Below, piece after piece: positions 7,736 through 16,464 of a stretch of DNA of 64,000 bases (positions are counted from its first letter, which is position 1; each line of letters begins with the position of its first letter). The translations under genes were made by a program, and so were the position numbers. Origin of the DNA: a virus; IMG/VR virus record IMGVR_UViG_3300002056_000074; one strand, given 5' to 3'. Below the pieces are notes generated by a model, which worked only from the letters and a program-made list of their open reading frames with translations, had not been told where the DNA came from and did no database searches.

Positions 7736-10399
7736 CTAGTTTGCGTTGTCGTCAATGAAGGGATCAATGTCTTCATCATTATTGAGTCCAATGAAGTGAC
7801 TATACCTTACCACAACATCATGTGGATCAGTGTCAATAACATCCTCGTTAAAGATGTCAACTACGGAGATAGCTTGTAAATCCGTACTAGGAGATGCCAT
7901 ATTAATATATTCAATAACTGCTGATACATTATCGGTTAGACCTCGAACCCAAACCAAATTTCCTGTGACAATCGTGTTAATCCAGCGTTCTCCAACATCT
8001 ACAATATTATCAGATGTAACGGAATTTGAATTAATCACAAGATCACCTACGGATTTGGTACTTCTCGTAGCAATTCGGTTTTGGATAGCAAAGGGTGTAA
8101 AATCCCACTTCGGTCCCAAGACTGCACATCCTGATCTGCCTTGATCTACACGACCGGGACACCCACCATTATAATCTTCATCACCATTATCGTTAGCTGG
8201 GCCATGACCACACTGGACATCATTATAAATGGGATCACCCGATCTACGTGGCCTATAATCCGGGTGAGATTTAAGTAAATCACTAATCTGAGGCACAGTT
8301 AGGGAACCACGCACTCCAGTATCGTAGCGAGTTGTTCTTATTCCGTGATCATAAGTACTATCAACAAAGCAGTGATTATTAGCCATGTAACTATCAGCCC
8401 AAGAAAGTCCATTAGGTGATCCCGCACCAGTTCCTTTAATTGGATTACGTGTAGTAATACCACTATTTGTTGTTTCTGTTACTGGTGGCGGCTCTGGTGT
8501 TGGAGTAGGTGTTGGAGTAGGTGTTGGAGCTACTACCACAACGTCACTGGGAGTAGAAGGTGCTGAACCCCCTATCACACCACTAGAACACGCAACCTCA
8601 TTGCCCTCACGGTCACAATCTCGGCGGTCATGGCCCGCTGTAGCACACTCATCATCAAACAGACTATGAGCAATAGCTACAGATGATGCTACAACTGTAC
8701 ATGCACCCTCTTCCAGAACAAAGTTTGCAAAAATATCTACCTCTTCTTCAACGACTGGCTCGGGGGCAGGAAGTACCACTGGGGTTTCTGGCACATCACC
8801 ACTAACTTCAAATTCTAAAACATGTACATCATCAGTTGATATGGATGACGTTGGAATCCCACCACCACCAACAATCAATTCATTTCCAATGATTCGAGCT
8901 GTAGGTGAGAGTAGACGACGCTTCATAGTAGAAATCACTTCCCATGAGTCTTCAACGGGATCATATCGGAGTACGTTTGCTGATCTACCACTCTGCCCAC
9001 CCACAACATAAATGTAATTACCGTGTGTGAATGTCCCTGCCTCACTATGAGATTCGACATAAGGTAAATCGGCTACCCGAGTCCAAGTATCCGCGCTTGG
9101 ATCATAATAATGTACATCATCTACATTAATACCATTAGTTGATAGTGTGCAATTACCACCTCTATCATGATTGTGTTGGCCACCAATTGCATAAATTCGT
9201 CCGTTCCATACTGTAGTCGAAAAATGGTTTCTGGCACTGGGCATAGGTGCGGCATTAGAACGCCATTCTGCATCAGGATCAGTTAGGTCTAGGGTTAAAT
9301 GTGTTGCAACATCACACTGTGCATTACGATCAAATCCACCAAAGTAATGCAAAGTATTATTGACTACGGCGGCACCACCACCCGCACCTGCAGTCGGTAG
9401 GGATGGTCCAGTTCGAAACGTATTTGTTGTGGTATCAAAGACCCACACTCTATTGGAAACATTACCGGGATGACTACCAATTCGGCCACCAACAATCCAA
9501 ACGTTTGTTCCATCAACAGCAATACCATTATGAGTTACTGCAGTTCCTATGGACCCTACTGCGGTGGTATCTGCAACAATTTCCCATGTTCTGGAACTTG
9601 GATCATATCGCTCAACCGTCTCCTCAATTCTAGTCTGTTGTCCAAATCCATTAAATGAATATATGAATCCATTCACCAGCGCAGTAGAAGATTCATTTCG
9701 TGCTCGTTCCATATCAGTCTGTTTGACCCATTCATTATCTGTAATTGGGGTCAATAGAGCAGCAGGTTCTCCAGTAACAGGAACTTCATCTACAGGAGTT
9801 TCTGGTGTAACAATTGCGGAAATACCTTCCCCTCCCTCAGCAACGGGGTCTTCGGCTGTAGGATCTTCATCAACTGGAGTTTCAGTTGCAGGATCTTCCG
9901 GCGTAACTATTACAGAAATACCCTCTTCCTCTTCCACAACAGGATCAACAGGATCAACAGGATCAACAGGATCAACAGGAATTTCAATATTTTCAACTTC
10001 CACAACATCGAATAAATGATGAATTACACCATTAGATGCAAATACATCAGGTATTTCAATTCGAGAATCTGAAATATAAACAAACCCATCAATAATTTCT
10101 ACCGATAAAACACCATCCCCCACAGTCGAAAGTAACTGACCATCCATAGTTAATAATGTTTCTAATGGAAAATTACCCAATACTATATAATCAGATACAA
10201 ATTCAACTAATTCGGGAATTGATGCACTCTCAATAGCACCAGAATCAATAAGGGCTGTATTCATGGGAGCAAACACCGTAAAACTTGTATTATCATCAAA
10301 CAATTCATTAACCAAAACTCCCGAGTTAACAACCGCCAAACTAAACTCAATAAATTGACTATCTGGGCTAGTTCTTGCTGATGTTAAAATATCCCCCAA
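7736..10399 (-). CDS. Fasciclin (FAS1) plus Kelch beta-propeller plus Cys-rich C-terminal domains; C-terminal part of a frameshifted lipoprotein
   Basis: FTVFAPMN and DVFASNGVIH FAS1 motifs; about six Kelch repeats (IYAIGG...YDP...W); PVD and PT linkers; SWADSY...YNDVQCGHGPAND...CPGRVD domain. Confidence 0.8.
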   Translation of the reverse strand: MGDILTSARTSPDSQFIEFSLAVVNSGVLVNELFDDNTSFTVFAPMNTALIDSGAIESASIPELVEFVSDYIVLGNFPLETLLTMDGQLLSTVGDGVLSVEIIDGFVYISDSRIEIPDVFASNGVIHHLFDVVEVENIEIPVDPVDPVDPVDPVVEEEEGISVIVTPEDPATETPVDEDPTAEDPVAEGGEGISAIVTPETPVDEVPVTGEPAALLTPITDNEWVKQTDMERARNESSTALVNGFIYSFNGFGQQTRIEETVERYDPSSRTWEIVADTTAVGSIGTAVTHNGIAVDGTNVWIVGGRIGSHPGNVSNRVWVFDTTTNTFRTGPSLPTAGAGGGAAVVNNTLHYFGGFDRNAQCDVATHLTLDLTDPDAEWRSNAAPMPSARNHFSTTVWNGRIYAIGGQHNHDRGGNCTLSTNGINVDDVHYYDPSADTWTRVADLPYVESHSEAGTFTHGNYIYVVGGQSGRSANVLRYDPVEDSWEVISTMKRRLLSPTARIIGNELIVGGGGIPTSSISTDDVHVLEFEVSGDVPETPVVLPAPEPVVEEEVDIFANFVLEEGACTVVASSVAIAHSLFDDECATAGHDRRDCDREGNEVACSSGVIGGSAPSTPSDVVVVAPTPTPTPTPTPEPPPVTETTNSGITTRNPIKGTGAGSPNGLSWADSYMANNHCFVDSTYDHGIRTTRYDTGVRGSLTVPQISDLLKSHPDYRPRRSGDPIYNDVQCGHGPANDNGDEDYNGGCPGRVDQGRSGCAVLGPKWDFTPFAIQNRIATRSTKSVGDLVINSNSVTSDNIVDVGERWINTIVTGNLVWVRGLTDNVSAVIEYINMASPSTDLQAISVVDIFNEDVIDTDPHDVVVRYSHFIGLNNDEDIDPFIDDNAN
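9938..9980. repeat. 9-bp tandem repeat (ACAGGATCA)n encoding a PVD linker
   Basis: About 4.5 copies seen directly. Confidence 0.85.
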
Positions 10400-10404
10400 C
10401 GAGA

Positions 10405-10617
10405 TTAATTCTTCAACAACTGGATCTTCAACAACTGGATCTTCAACAACTGGATCTTAGTTTGTGCTGGTAATAGCTCAATAATATAACCCCCCTCCTC
10501 AGTTTGTGCTGGTAATACCTCAATAGTATAACCGCCTTCGGAATTTTGAAACCCCTCTCCACAAGCTGTTAATACTAATGTACTTAACATACAAATTAAC
10601 AAATATCGTTTTTTCAT
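10405..10617 (-). CDS. Lipoprotein N-terminal fragment of the FAS1-Kelch gene
   Basis: SD GAGG; MKKRYLLICMLSTLVLTA-C lipobox; the frame is lost at about 10458. Confidence 0.7.
   Translation of the reverse strand: MKKRYLLICMLSTLVLTACGEGFQNSEGGYTIEVLPAQTEEGGYIIELLPAQTKIQLLKIQLLKIQLLKN
10411..10536. repeat. 15-bp x3 and 42-bp-period x2 tandem repeats
   Basis: (CTTCAACAACTGGAT)x3 at 10411-10455; AGTTTGTGCTGGTAATA... starts at 10459 and 10501. Confidence 0.85.
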
Positions 10618-10681
10618 TTTTATAAATCCCTCAAGGGTGTTAGTAGTTTCTAGATAGAACTCTAAGAGAAGAAATGTGTGG

Positions 10682-10972
10682 TTAAATTTCTGAAGCTTTG
10701 AAATCTTCATCAATTCGTTTATTAATAAATTCTTGATAATCTTCGGGTGGCTCTTGTTCCTGTTCAGCAAACGATTCTGTATACAAATCATAAGCACGCT
10801 GAAATCGACCTGCTGATAACAATCTTTCAATTTCTCTATTCAAGAATACATCCCCCTTAGATTCAGTTTGTCGCTCCATTAAAAAATCCTCCAACAAGAA
10901 ATGCATTTTTTGTGTTGGTTGCCTATTGTTTGACATATTATTTTTGGGAAAATTACTAATATTACTATTCAT
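10682..10972 (-). CDS. Hypothetical protein
   Basis: ORF; the true start is probably MERQT after GGAGGA. Confidence 0.55.
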   Translation of the reverse strand: MNSNISNFPKNNMSNNRQPTQKMHFLLEDFLMERQTESKGDVFLNREIERLLSAGRFQRAYDLYTESFAEQEQEPPEDYQEFINKRIDEDFKASEI

Positions 10973-11009
10973 ATATAAGACTCAAAGTTAAACTACTGGT
11001 TAAAGTGGA

Positions 11010-11041
11010 AGACTATCCTAGAAAACTGTCTAATTCTGTGA
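11010..11041 (-). promoter_or_regulatory. Possible class II-type promoter (half-site only)
   Basis: TCACA (11041-11037), 21 nt, then TAGTCT (11015-11010). Confidence 0.35.
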
Positions 11042-11074
11042 TGCTATCTAGCTTCTAACTATTTTTTGTAAAAA

Positions 11075-12136
11075 CTATGAATCACCGAAAATTGTATTTA
11101 ATTGATTGTTGACAACTCTAAAAGTTGTTCGTTTGCTAAGACTTTTTAAATTTCTAGAACCAACATAAGTACATGCTGATCGGATACCACCCAAAATATC
11201 TTGAATTGTATTATCTAAGGATGGTTTGACTGGAATTAAGACACGCTTGCCTTCTGATGCTCTATATGTTGCAACACCATTTGCATGTTTATTCATGGCT
11301 TCTTTAGAAGACATTCCATAAAACTCCATATACTCACCCCCCTCATGCCGAACAATGGGTAATCCGGTTTCTCGATGACCAGCAAACATACCACCCATCA
11401 TAGTGAAATCCGCACCTGCTGCGAAAGCCTTTACAACATCGCCCGGAATGGTCATTCCACCATCAGAACATATATGGCCCGATAGCCCATGTGCAGCATC
11501 AGCACATTCAATTGTTGCCGTAAGTTGTGGCAAACCCACTCCAGTCATTTTTCTGGTGGTGCAAACACTACCATTTCCCAGCCCACATTTTACTATATCT
11601 GCCCCAGACATGATCAATTGTTCTGTTGCTTCTGGGCTAACAACGTTGCCCGCCATAATAACAGTGTGAGGAAACATATCCCGCAACCTAGAAACAGCAG
11701 AGTGAAATTTTTCAGTATATCCATTGGCATTGTCCATACAGACATATGAAATATCCATCTCACCAAACAACCTATCATTGATTCGCTCTAAACGATTGAA
11801 TTCCTCATCCGAACTTCCCATCGTATAAAACACTGGAACTCTAGTATCAGACTTCAAATACAATGAATTGAAATAATCAACATATTCATCTTCAGTATAA
11901 TGCTTATGAAGTGCTGTGCTTATATTATACTTAATTAGTGCATCTGCAAATTCAAATGTTGCCACTTGATCCATATTAGCAGCAATGATTGGGATATGGT
12001 TGTGCCATTTAGCACCACTATTTACGAAAGTAAAATCTCTCTCAACATTAACCTCAGATCGTGATGAAAGTTTTGATCGCTTTGGTTGAATTAAAACATC
12101 ACTAAAATCTAGTGCTGGTTCTGTAATAAGTCGCAT
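11075..12136 (-). CDS. guaC: GMP reductase
   Basis: LDFSDVLIQPKRSKLSSRSEV, IPIIAANMD, ANGY, GSVCTTR, FYGMSS, YRASEGK, LSKRTTF. Confidence 0.95.
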   Translation of the reverse strand: MRLITEPALDFSDVLIQPKRSKLSSRSEVNVERDFTFVNSGAKWHNHIPIIAANMDQVATFEFADALIKYNISTALHKHYTEDEYVDYFNSLYLKSDTRVPVFYTMGSSDEEFNRLERINDRLFGEMDISYVCMDNANGYTEKFHSAVSRLRDMFPHTVIMAGNVVSPEATEQLIMSGADIVKCGLGNGSVCTTRKMTGVGLPQLTATIECADAAHGLSGHICSDGGMTIPGDVVKAFAAGADFTMMGGMFAGHRETGLPIVRHEGGEYMEFYGMSSKEAMNKHANGVATYRASEGKRVLIPVKPSLDNTIQDILGGIRSACTYVGSRNLKSLSKRTTFRVVNNQLNTIFGDS

Positions 12137-12142
12137 TCGGAC

Positions 12143-12162
12143 ATCCCCCGTTATTGGGGGAT
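12143..12162 (-). promoter_or_regulatory. Hairpin masking the guaC SD; resembles a single type I-E repeat
   Basis: ATCCCCC-AATAAC-GGGGGAT ends 6 nt before the ATG. Confidence 0.6.
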
Positions 12163-12189
12163 TATATCATTTCTATTATGATGTGTCCA
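12161..12189 (-). promoter_or_regulatory. sigma70-type promoter of guaC
   Basis: TGGACA-17 nt-TATAAT with an extended TG. Confidence 0.7.
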
Positions 12190-12316
12190 CGACTTTTGCC
12201 GTTGTTTTGTAGTCGGCCCCCTGTCTTCGCCACTACATACCAACCAAAAATGGTTGATGACTGATCTCTAGCGTGTTTACCACGTAATATTAATCAATCT
12301 TACCCAATTATTTCGT
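12189..12316 (-). ncRNA. Candidate structured RNA (four adjacent hairpins) from a late promoter
   Basis: Stems at 12259-12299, 12239-12258, 12208-12237 and 12189-12202, several with G-U pairs on the minus strand; no sizeable ORF; TATAAATA upstream. Confidence 0.5.
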
Positions 12317-12321
12317 TATTC

Positions 12322-12329
12322 TATTTATA
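12322..12329 (-). promoter_or_regulatory. T4-type late promoter TATAAATA
   Basis: Exact match, overlapping the stop of 12325..12558. Confidence 0.6.
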
Positions 12330-12558
12330 CCTTAGAAAATTTTTCTACGGGAAAACTTTTTTTCTTTGAATTTGTTTTACCGTCTTCAACACCAGAATTA
12401 TATGCAGCAACAACAGCCTCGCGCACCAATTCATCCAATTCCTTGAAAAAATGTTGTGTTGGTAATGGTTGCCTTGATGAAATAGATTGCAGGCGTGAAA
12501 GACCATCCTCAAGCATGGTAGCTTCCAAAACTTCATTAACAATTTTCTTTTTCATCAC
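12325..12558 (-). CDS. Hypothetical protein
   Basis: GGAG SD and its own promoter. Confidence 0.6.
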   Translation of the reverse strand: MMKKKIVNEVLEATMLEDGLSRLQSISSRQPLPTQHFFKELDELVREAVVAAYNSGVEDGKTNSKKKSFPVEKFSKV

Positions 12559-12583
12559 TAATCTCCAACAGCTAAGAGGTGTG

Positions 12584-12612
12584 ATTATACTACGTGTTTG
12601 TTATATAAGCAA
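12584..12612 (-). promoter_or_regulatory. sigma70-type promoter
   Basis: TTGCTT-17 nt-TATAAT. Confidence 0.65.
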
Positions 12613-12625
12613 GTATTATTTCAAA

Positions 12626-13291
12626 TCAAAGATCGTAAACTGACTTCCCTTCAAAATCTTTTGGCTTTGGAAGTTTTGCCCAATCAATATCAACTACATC
12701 ACCAGCACGATTTTTTACTGTTGCAAAAGATCTACCATCCTTTTTAGTGTTTGGATTTGTTACTAACCAGACTTGACCATTCTTACGAATTACATCACCC
12801 TTTTCTGGTCCCATTTTAGCCCCTAGATCGGTAGGTTTTTTGGTTTCCATTTGGGAAAGTAATAATGACACCCAAATTTCATAATCCGGCCTTGACATCC
12901 CAGCTGGGATTTTTGGTAGTTTTCCATTTACTAATTTAGCAACACCAAATTCCTTATTAATTTGTGCTAACAATCCAGAGTTATCCTTCCCACCTTTAAC
13001 AGATGATTCCTTATTCGCATTACCTCTACTACTCTTACCACGTGCTACTGCCCTTGCGCGAGCTTCACGTTCCTTCTTTTTTTGACTGGAACCAAAAAAT
13101 TCATTTAGTTGCTCAGACTCACTCAATTCTTCATCATTAATAGTTCCCTGAATAACAAAATAGCTATCTAGTGAGAATCGTTTTTCTGGCAACATAGATT
13201 CAATTTCGGAAGCCTCTTCAACTGCAGCTAGGGCGAGGGCATCTTCTTCATTATTTTTAATAGTTTTATTGATATCCTTAATAAAATTCAT
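12626..13291 (-). CDS. Late hypothetical protein, possibly an internal head protein
   Basis: Late promoter upstream; acidic N-terminal third ending LSE/LNE, followed by a basic region. Confidence 0.6.
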   Translation of the reverse strand: MNFIKDINKTIKNNEEDALALAAVEEASEIESMLPEKRFSLDSYFVIQGTINDEELSESEQLNEFFGSSQKKKEREARARAVARGKSSRGNANKESSVKGGKDNSGLLAQINKEFGVAKLVNGKLPKIPAGMSRPDYEIWVSLLLSQMETKKPTDLGAKMGPEKGDVIRKNGQVWLVTNPNTKKDGRSFATVKNRAGDVVDIDWAKLPKPKDFEGKSVYDL

Positions 13292-13323
13292 ACTTACTAC
13301 TCCAATAAATATTATCTATATCT

Positions 13324-13331
13324 TATTTATA
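13324..13331 (-). promoter_or_regulatory. Late promoter TATAAATA
   Basis: Exact match in intergenic DNA. Confidence 0.65.
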
Positions 13332-13362
13332 AGAATTTAAATTATTGTTAAATATTTTATTG

Positions 13363-14496
13363 CTATAGATTTCGTACTCCCTTATAGACTTGTTTGACAA
13401 CCGGAAATCTTAAATTTCCATCAGGAGTTCTTCCAAAGAATTGTATGGTTGCTTGGCTTCCTCTATATTCTTCGAACTCCTCCAAAAACTCGGCTAAAAA
13501 TTCTCTGGTTCCAGTCATTGTTGCGGTTGCCGTATTCCCATCAGCCATCGTAACATCAATTGTTTTTGGTAATCCAGAAAAATTACCATTACCAAGTGAA
13601 TATGATTCTATAATACCCTCTTCATCATCAAATGTTTTATATTTCAGTAATGCATTAGAGCGCTTCCCCTTAGCATATGGCTCTGGAAGTCTAATTATAG
13701 ACCCTTCATATCCCTCAGACAAATAAAGACTGTGGAAATTATCACACTCATCCTCGTTTTGTATTTTGTCAGTCTGCACAAGAACAAGTTTTTTCATCGG
13801 ATAGTTGCGGATTGAAAATAAAACATCAAGCTCTTGAGTTCGTTTTGGAAATGGTTGGGTTGCCACAGAACCCTCAGCAATATCATATATGTGGTATTCA
13901 ATTTTTTCGGCAGATTCCTTTATATCTTCAATAGTTGGCTTTGTTTTGCGAACCAATGAAATTAATTTATTGAAGTCAGCTTTGAGGTGATGATTATATA
14001 ACTCTCCATCAAGTACAATATCTGGATACATCCCAAAAAAATCTTTTAACTCTTCCATGATATGGGGGACTGCAACAATTTCTTTTCCCGTTCTAGAAAA
14101 TAAACCATGTTTACTGGCAATAAGTCTTACACCATCCAACTTCGGCTGAATCATTACATCAACCCAATCAATTTTATTTTTTCTCTTCTCATAATCAACA
14201 GCAAGCATTGGCTTGAAAGTTTTGAACGAGTCAACATCATCAATACTTTCATGATAATCAACATCTAATTTTTTCTTATATTGTGCTTTAACCTCAATAA
14301 GTGCTTGCTCCTCACCTGTAGTCTCATTTAATTTTCCAATATTTTTTCCGGAAGCAACAGTCCATTCAGAAGTAACTAAATTACCTTCATGGATACCAGC
14401 AATAGTCCTATACTTATCACCATCAAGTTCCATACGCCAAGATCGAATCTTACCAGTGCTATCTTTTTTGTAAAGGGTTGGAAATATCTTATTCAT
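13363..14496 (-). CDS. ATP-dependent DNA ligase
   Basis: KPMLA, QPKLDGVR, LDGELY, YHIYD, GYEGSIIR, LLKYK, LRFPV. Confidence 0.93.
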   Translation of the reverse strand: MNKIFPTLYKKDSTGKIRSWRMELDGDKYRTIAGIHEGNLVTSEWTVASGKNIGKLNETTGEEQALIEVKAQYKKKLDVDYHESIDDVDSFKTFKPMLAVDYEKRKNKIDWVDVMIQPKLDGVRLIASKHGLFSRTGKEIVAVPHIMEELKDFFGMYPDIVLDGELYNHHLKADFNKLISLVRKTKPTIEDIKESAEKIEYHIYDIAEGSVATQPFPKRTQELDVLFSIRNYPMKKLVLVQTDKIQNEDECDNFHSLYLSEGYEGSIIRLPEPYAKGKRSNALLKYKTFDDEEGIIESYSLGNGNFSGLPKTIDVTMADGNTATATMTGTREFLAEFLEEFEEYRGSQATIQFFGRTPDGNLRFPVVKQVYKGVRNL

Positions 14497-15208
14497 TTAT
14501 TTTAATCTCCTGTTCATCTTCTTCGATGGATAACTCTTCTTTCCATGTCCAATAATTTTCGACAAACTTATATATTTTATCCCATGACCATTTTTGATTT
14601 CCCTTTAATTCGAGATGTTCAAAAACGGTTTCTTTGATGTAGTACATATCAGAACTACTTAGATAAGAATTGATCTCATCTGAAATTACACTATCGGAGT
14701 ATCCTGCATCTTTCAACATTTTAGTTACTGCAGAGACTTCTGCTTTATTGAGGGTTTTGAGGAGTTTTTCTGCATCCCGCCTATAGTCAGAGTATAAATA
14801 AAATATTGCGTGACAAATCTCGTGGTCATTATATAAGTCTGAGCAACTACCAATGAGATAGAATTTGTCATCTATTTTAGCATTTTCTTCTTGATCTAAG
14901 ACTTTCTGTAAAGTGTCAAATAAAATCTTTTCTCGTGCTGTAAAATCATGTTTATACATTTCAATAAATGATAAGACAGCAGTTGAAGGTACGTTAAACC
15001 CGCCCCAATCTTCCAAATAAGAAAATTTTCCAGAGTGACCGCTTTCTCTATAATTTTCAATTACCTCGTCCAGTGTGTAAAAATTACCTTGACGAGATTC
15101 ATCGCGATGTTCATAAAATTCCTGCAGTCGCATAAATGCATATGAAATCTCAAATTGAGATTCTTCTTGAATTAGTATAACACCCGGAATTGGTATTTTT
15201 ATTTTCAT
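14489..15208 (-). CDS. Hypothetical protein with HExxH motif
   Basis: FMRLQEFYE, WGGFNVP, DHEICHA and a downstream DE. Confidence 0.65.
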   Translation of the reverse strand: MKIKIPIPGVILIQEESQFEISYAFMRLQEFYEHRDESRQGNFYTLDEVIENYRESGHSGKFSYLEDWGGFNVPSTAVLSFIEMYKHDFTAREKILFDTLQKVLDQEENAKIDDKFYLIGSCSDLYNDHEICHAIFYLYSDYRRDAEKLLKTLNKAEVSAVTKMLKDAGYSDSVISDEINSYLSSSDMYYIKETVFEHLELKGNQKWSWDKIYKFVENYWTWKEELSIEEDEQEIKINE

Positions 15209-15217
15209 ATAAAGTCC

Positions 15218-15258
15218 TCCACACCATCAAATAATACATTTTGATGGTGTGGATTATA
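15218..15258 (-). promoter_or_regulatory. Extended -10 promoter abutting a 14-bp perfect hairpin that overlaps the SD
   Basis: TGATATAAT; TCCACACCATCAAA/TTTGATGGTGTGGA (15218-15253); SD GGAGGA at 15220-15215. Confidence 0.6.
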
Positions 15259-15264
15259 TCACAT

Positions 15265-16410
15265 TTATCCTACAAATTTGAATTCAATATTGTTAATCAT
15301 TCCACCAGAATTGTTAATCGCATCCTCGATTTGGGCTTCTGTAAAAGTCACATATCTAGCAGCTTCTGCAGCATCAGTATAATAAAAAACTCGGGGTGGA
15401 TATGTGCTTAAATCAGTCACCTTCAGTCGTCCAACATTTACTGGCGGTAGTGCAGTTGGTTGACTTGGGAGTGATGATCCATAAGAAATTGATGTTTCAG
15501 GACGCACATAATAGCCGTCATCTTCATCATCTTCATCATCTTCATCATCTTCATCATCTTCATCATCTTCATCTTCATAATTTTCAACATACAGATCACG
15601 AAGATCAAAATCTTCATCATCTTCATCATCTTCATCATCCATGTTAAGCTGATCATAATCATATGTACCATAATCTGATACCAGACCCTCTATGCGCTCA
15701 TCTTTCCAATCAGTAAGCTCTCGCAAAACTTCATATCGACACGCTCTACCCTTGCTATTATTGTAATCCGATGGAATAGACACAACATCTCGTGGATTAA
15801 TTTTTAATACCACAACACGCTGACCAGAAAAATGTGGGAGATAATCATATGAACAGAAGTGAAGACCTGTAGAACACGTTTGATCCTTATCTTCATTCAC
15901 TGCATTGCGTGGCATACTGACTACTGAACCAATGGAATTATCCATTGTTCCTGTATAAACATCTGTATAATCATGACTGATTCTCTTATATGCCAGAAAA
16001 TGACCATCAGAAGTAATTGGAAGTTTTCCATGCTCCAAAAATCCATACAATTCAGAAACTGCTCGATATGATGTATTATCCATCAAGTTAACCAAAAAAT
16101 TTTCCAACGAAGAAATATCCAGTCCATTGGAAGACATATCAATCATTCGTTCTGTTAAGGTATTGTCAATTTGATTCCCATCAAAATGGAATATACCATT
16201 CTCGATAGTAAACCGTCCATTTTGTGAACGATAAACGTAATCTATCAATTTAGATTTAACATCTAAAATATCGAGAATTTCAGTATAGCGACCCTGAGTT
16301 GCTAGTGTAGCAATCTTTGAATATTGTGGGTGATTAGTCTCAATGGTTCGCTGCGAACCATCTGAATCGAAATAAATCGATACGCCTGTGCTAGTGATAA
16401 TGTATGACAT
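15265..16410 (-). CDS. rIIB: rIIB-like protein
   Basis: ELYGFL..LPITSDGHFLAYK, VSMPRNAV, CSTGLHFCS, VVSIPSDYN..KGRACRYEV; follows rIIA. Confidence 0.85.
   Translation of the reverse strand: MSYIITSTGVSIYFDSDGSQRTIETNHPQYSKIATLATQGRYTEILDILDVKSKLIDYVYRSQNGRFTIENGIFHFDGNQIDNTLTERMIDMSSNGLDISSLENFLVNLMDNTSYRAVSELYGFLEHGKLPITSDGHFLAYKRISHDYTDVYTGTMDNSIGSVVSMPRNAVNEDKDQTCSTGLHFCSYDYLPHFSGQRVVVLKINPRDVVSIPSDYNNSKGRACRYEVLRELTDWKDERIEGLVSDYGTYDYDQLNMDDEDDEDDEDFDLRDLYVENYEDEDDEDDEDDEDDEDDEDDGYYVRPETSISYGSSLPSQPTALPPVNVGRLKVTDLSTYPPRVFYYTDAAEAARYVTFTEAQIEDAINNSGGMINNIEFKFVG
15518..15577. repeat. (TCATCTTCA)n repeat encoding a poly-D/E tract
   Basis: 9-bp periodic tract; a second shorter tract lies at 15611-15639. 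Confidence 0.85.
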
Positions 16411-16428
16411 TGGATTTCCTATTTAAAT

Positions 16429-16458
16429 TTTTAATTTTAATTTTAATTTTAATTTTAA
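16429..16458. repeat. (TTTTAA)x5 intergenic microsatellite
   Basis: Lies between the rIIA stop and the rIIB SD. Confidence 0.85.
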
Positions 16459-16464
16459 TTTCAA

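Noticed and set aside
10618-10830. N-terminal extension of the 141-aa ORF
   Set aside because: It overlaps the neighbouring gene; the SD and signal peptide point to the ATG at 10617.
12189-12316. tRNA, tmRNA, hammerhead or a known riboswitch
   Set aside because: No T-loop/CCA cloverleaf, no CUGAUGA/GAAA core, and no recognisable purine, ZTP or c-di-GMP consensus. Kept only as an unknown RNA candidate.
15396-15671. His-rich and Met/Lys-rich ORFs
   Set aside because: They are shadow frames of the rIIB acidic repeat.
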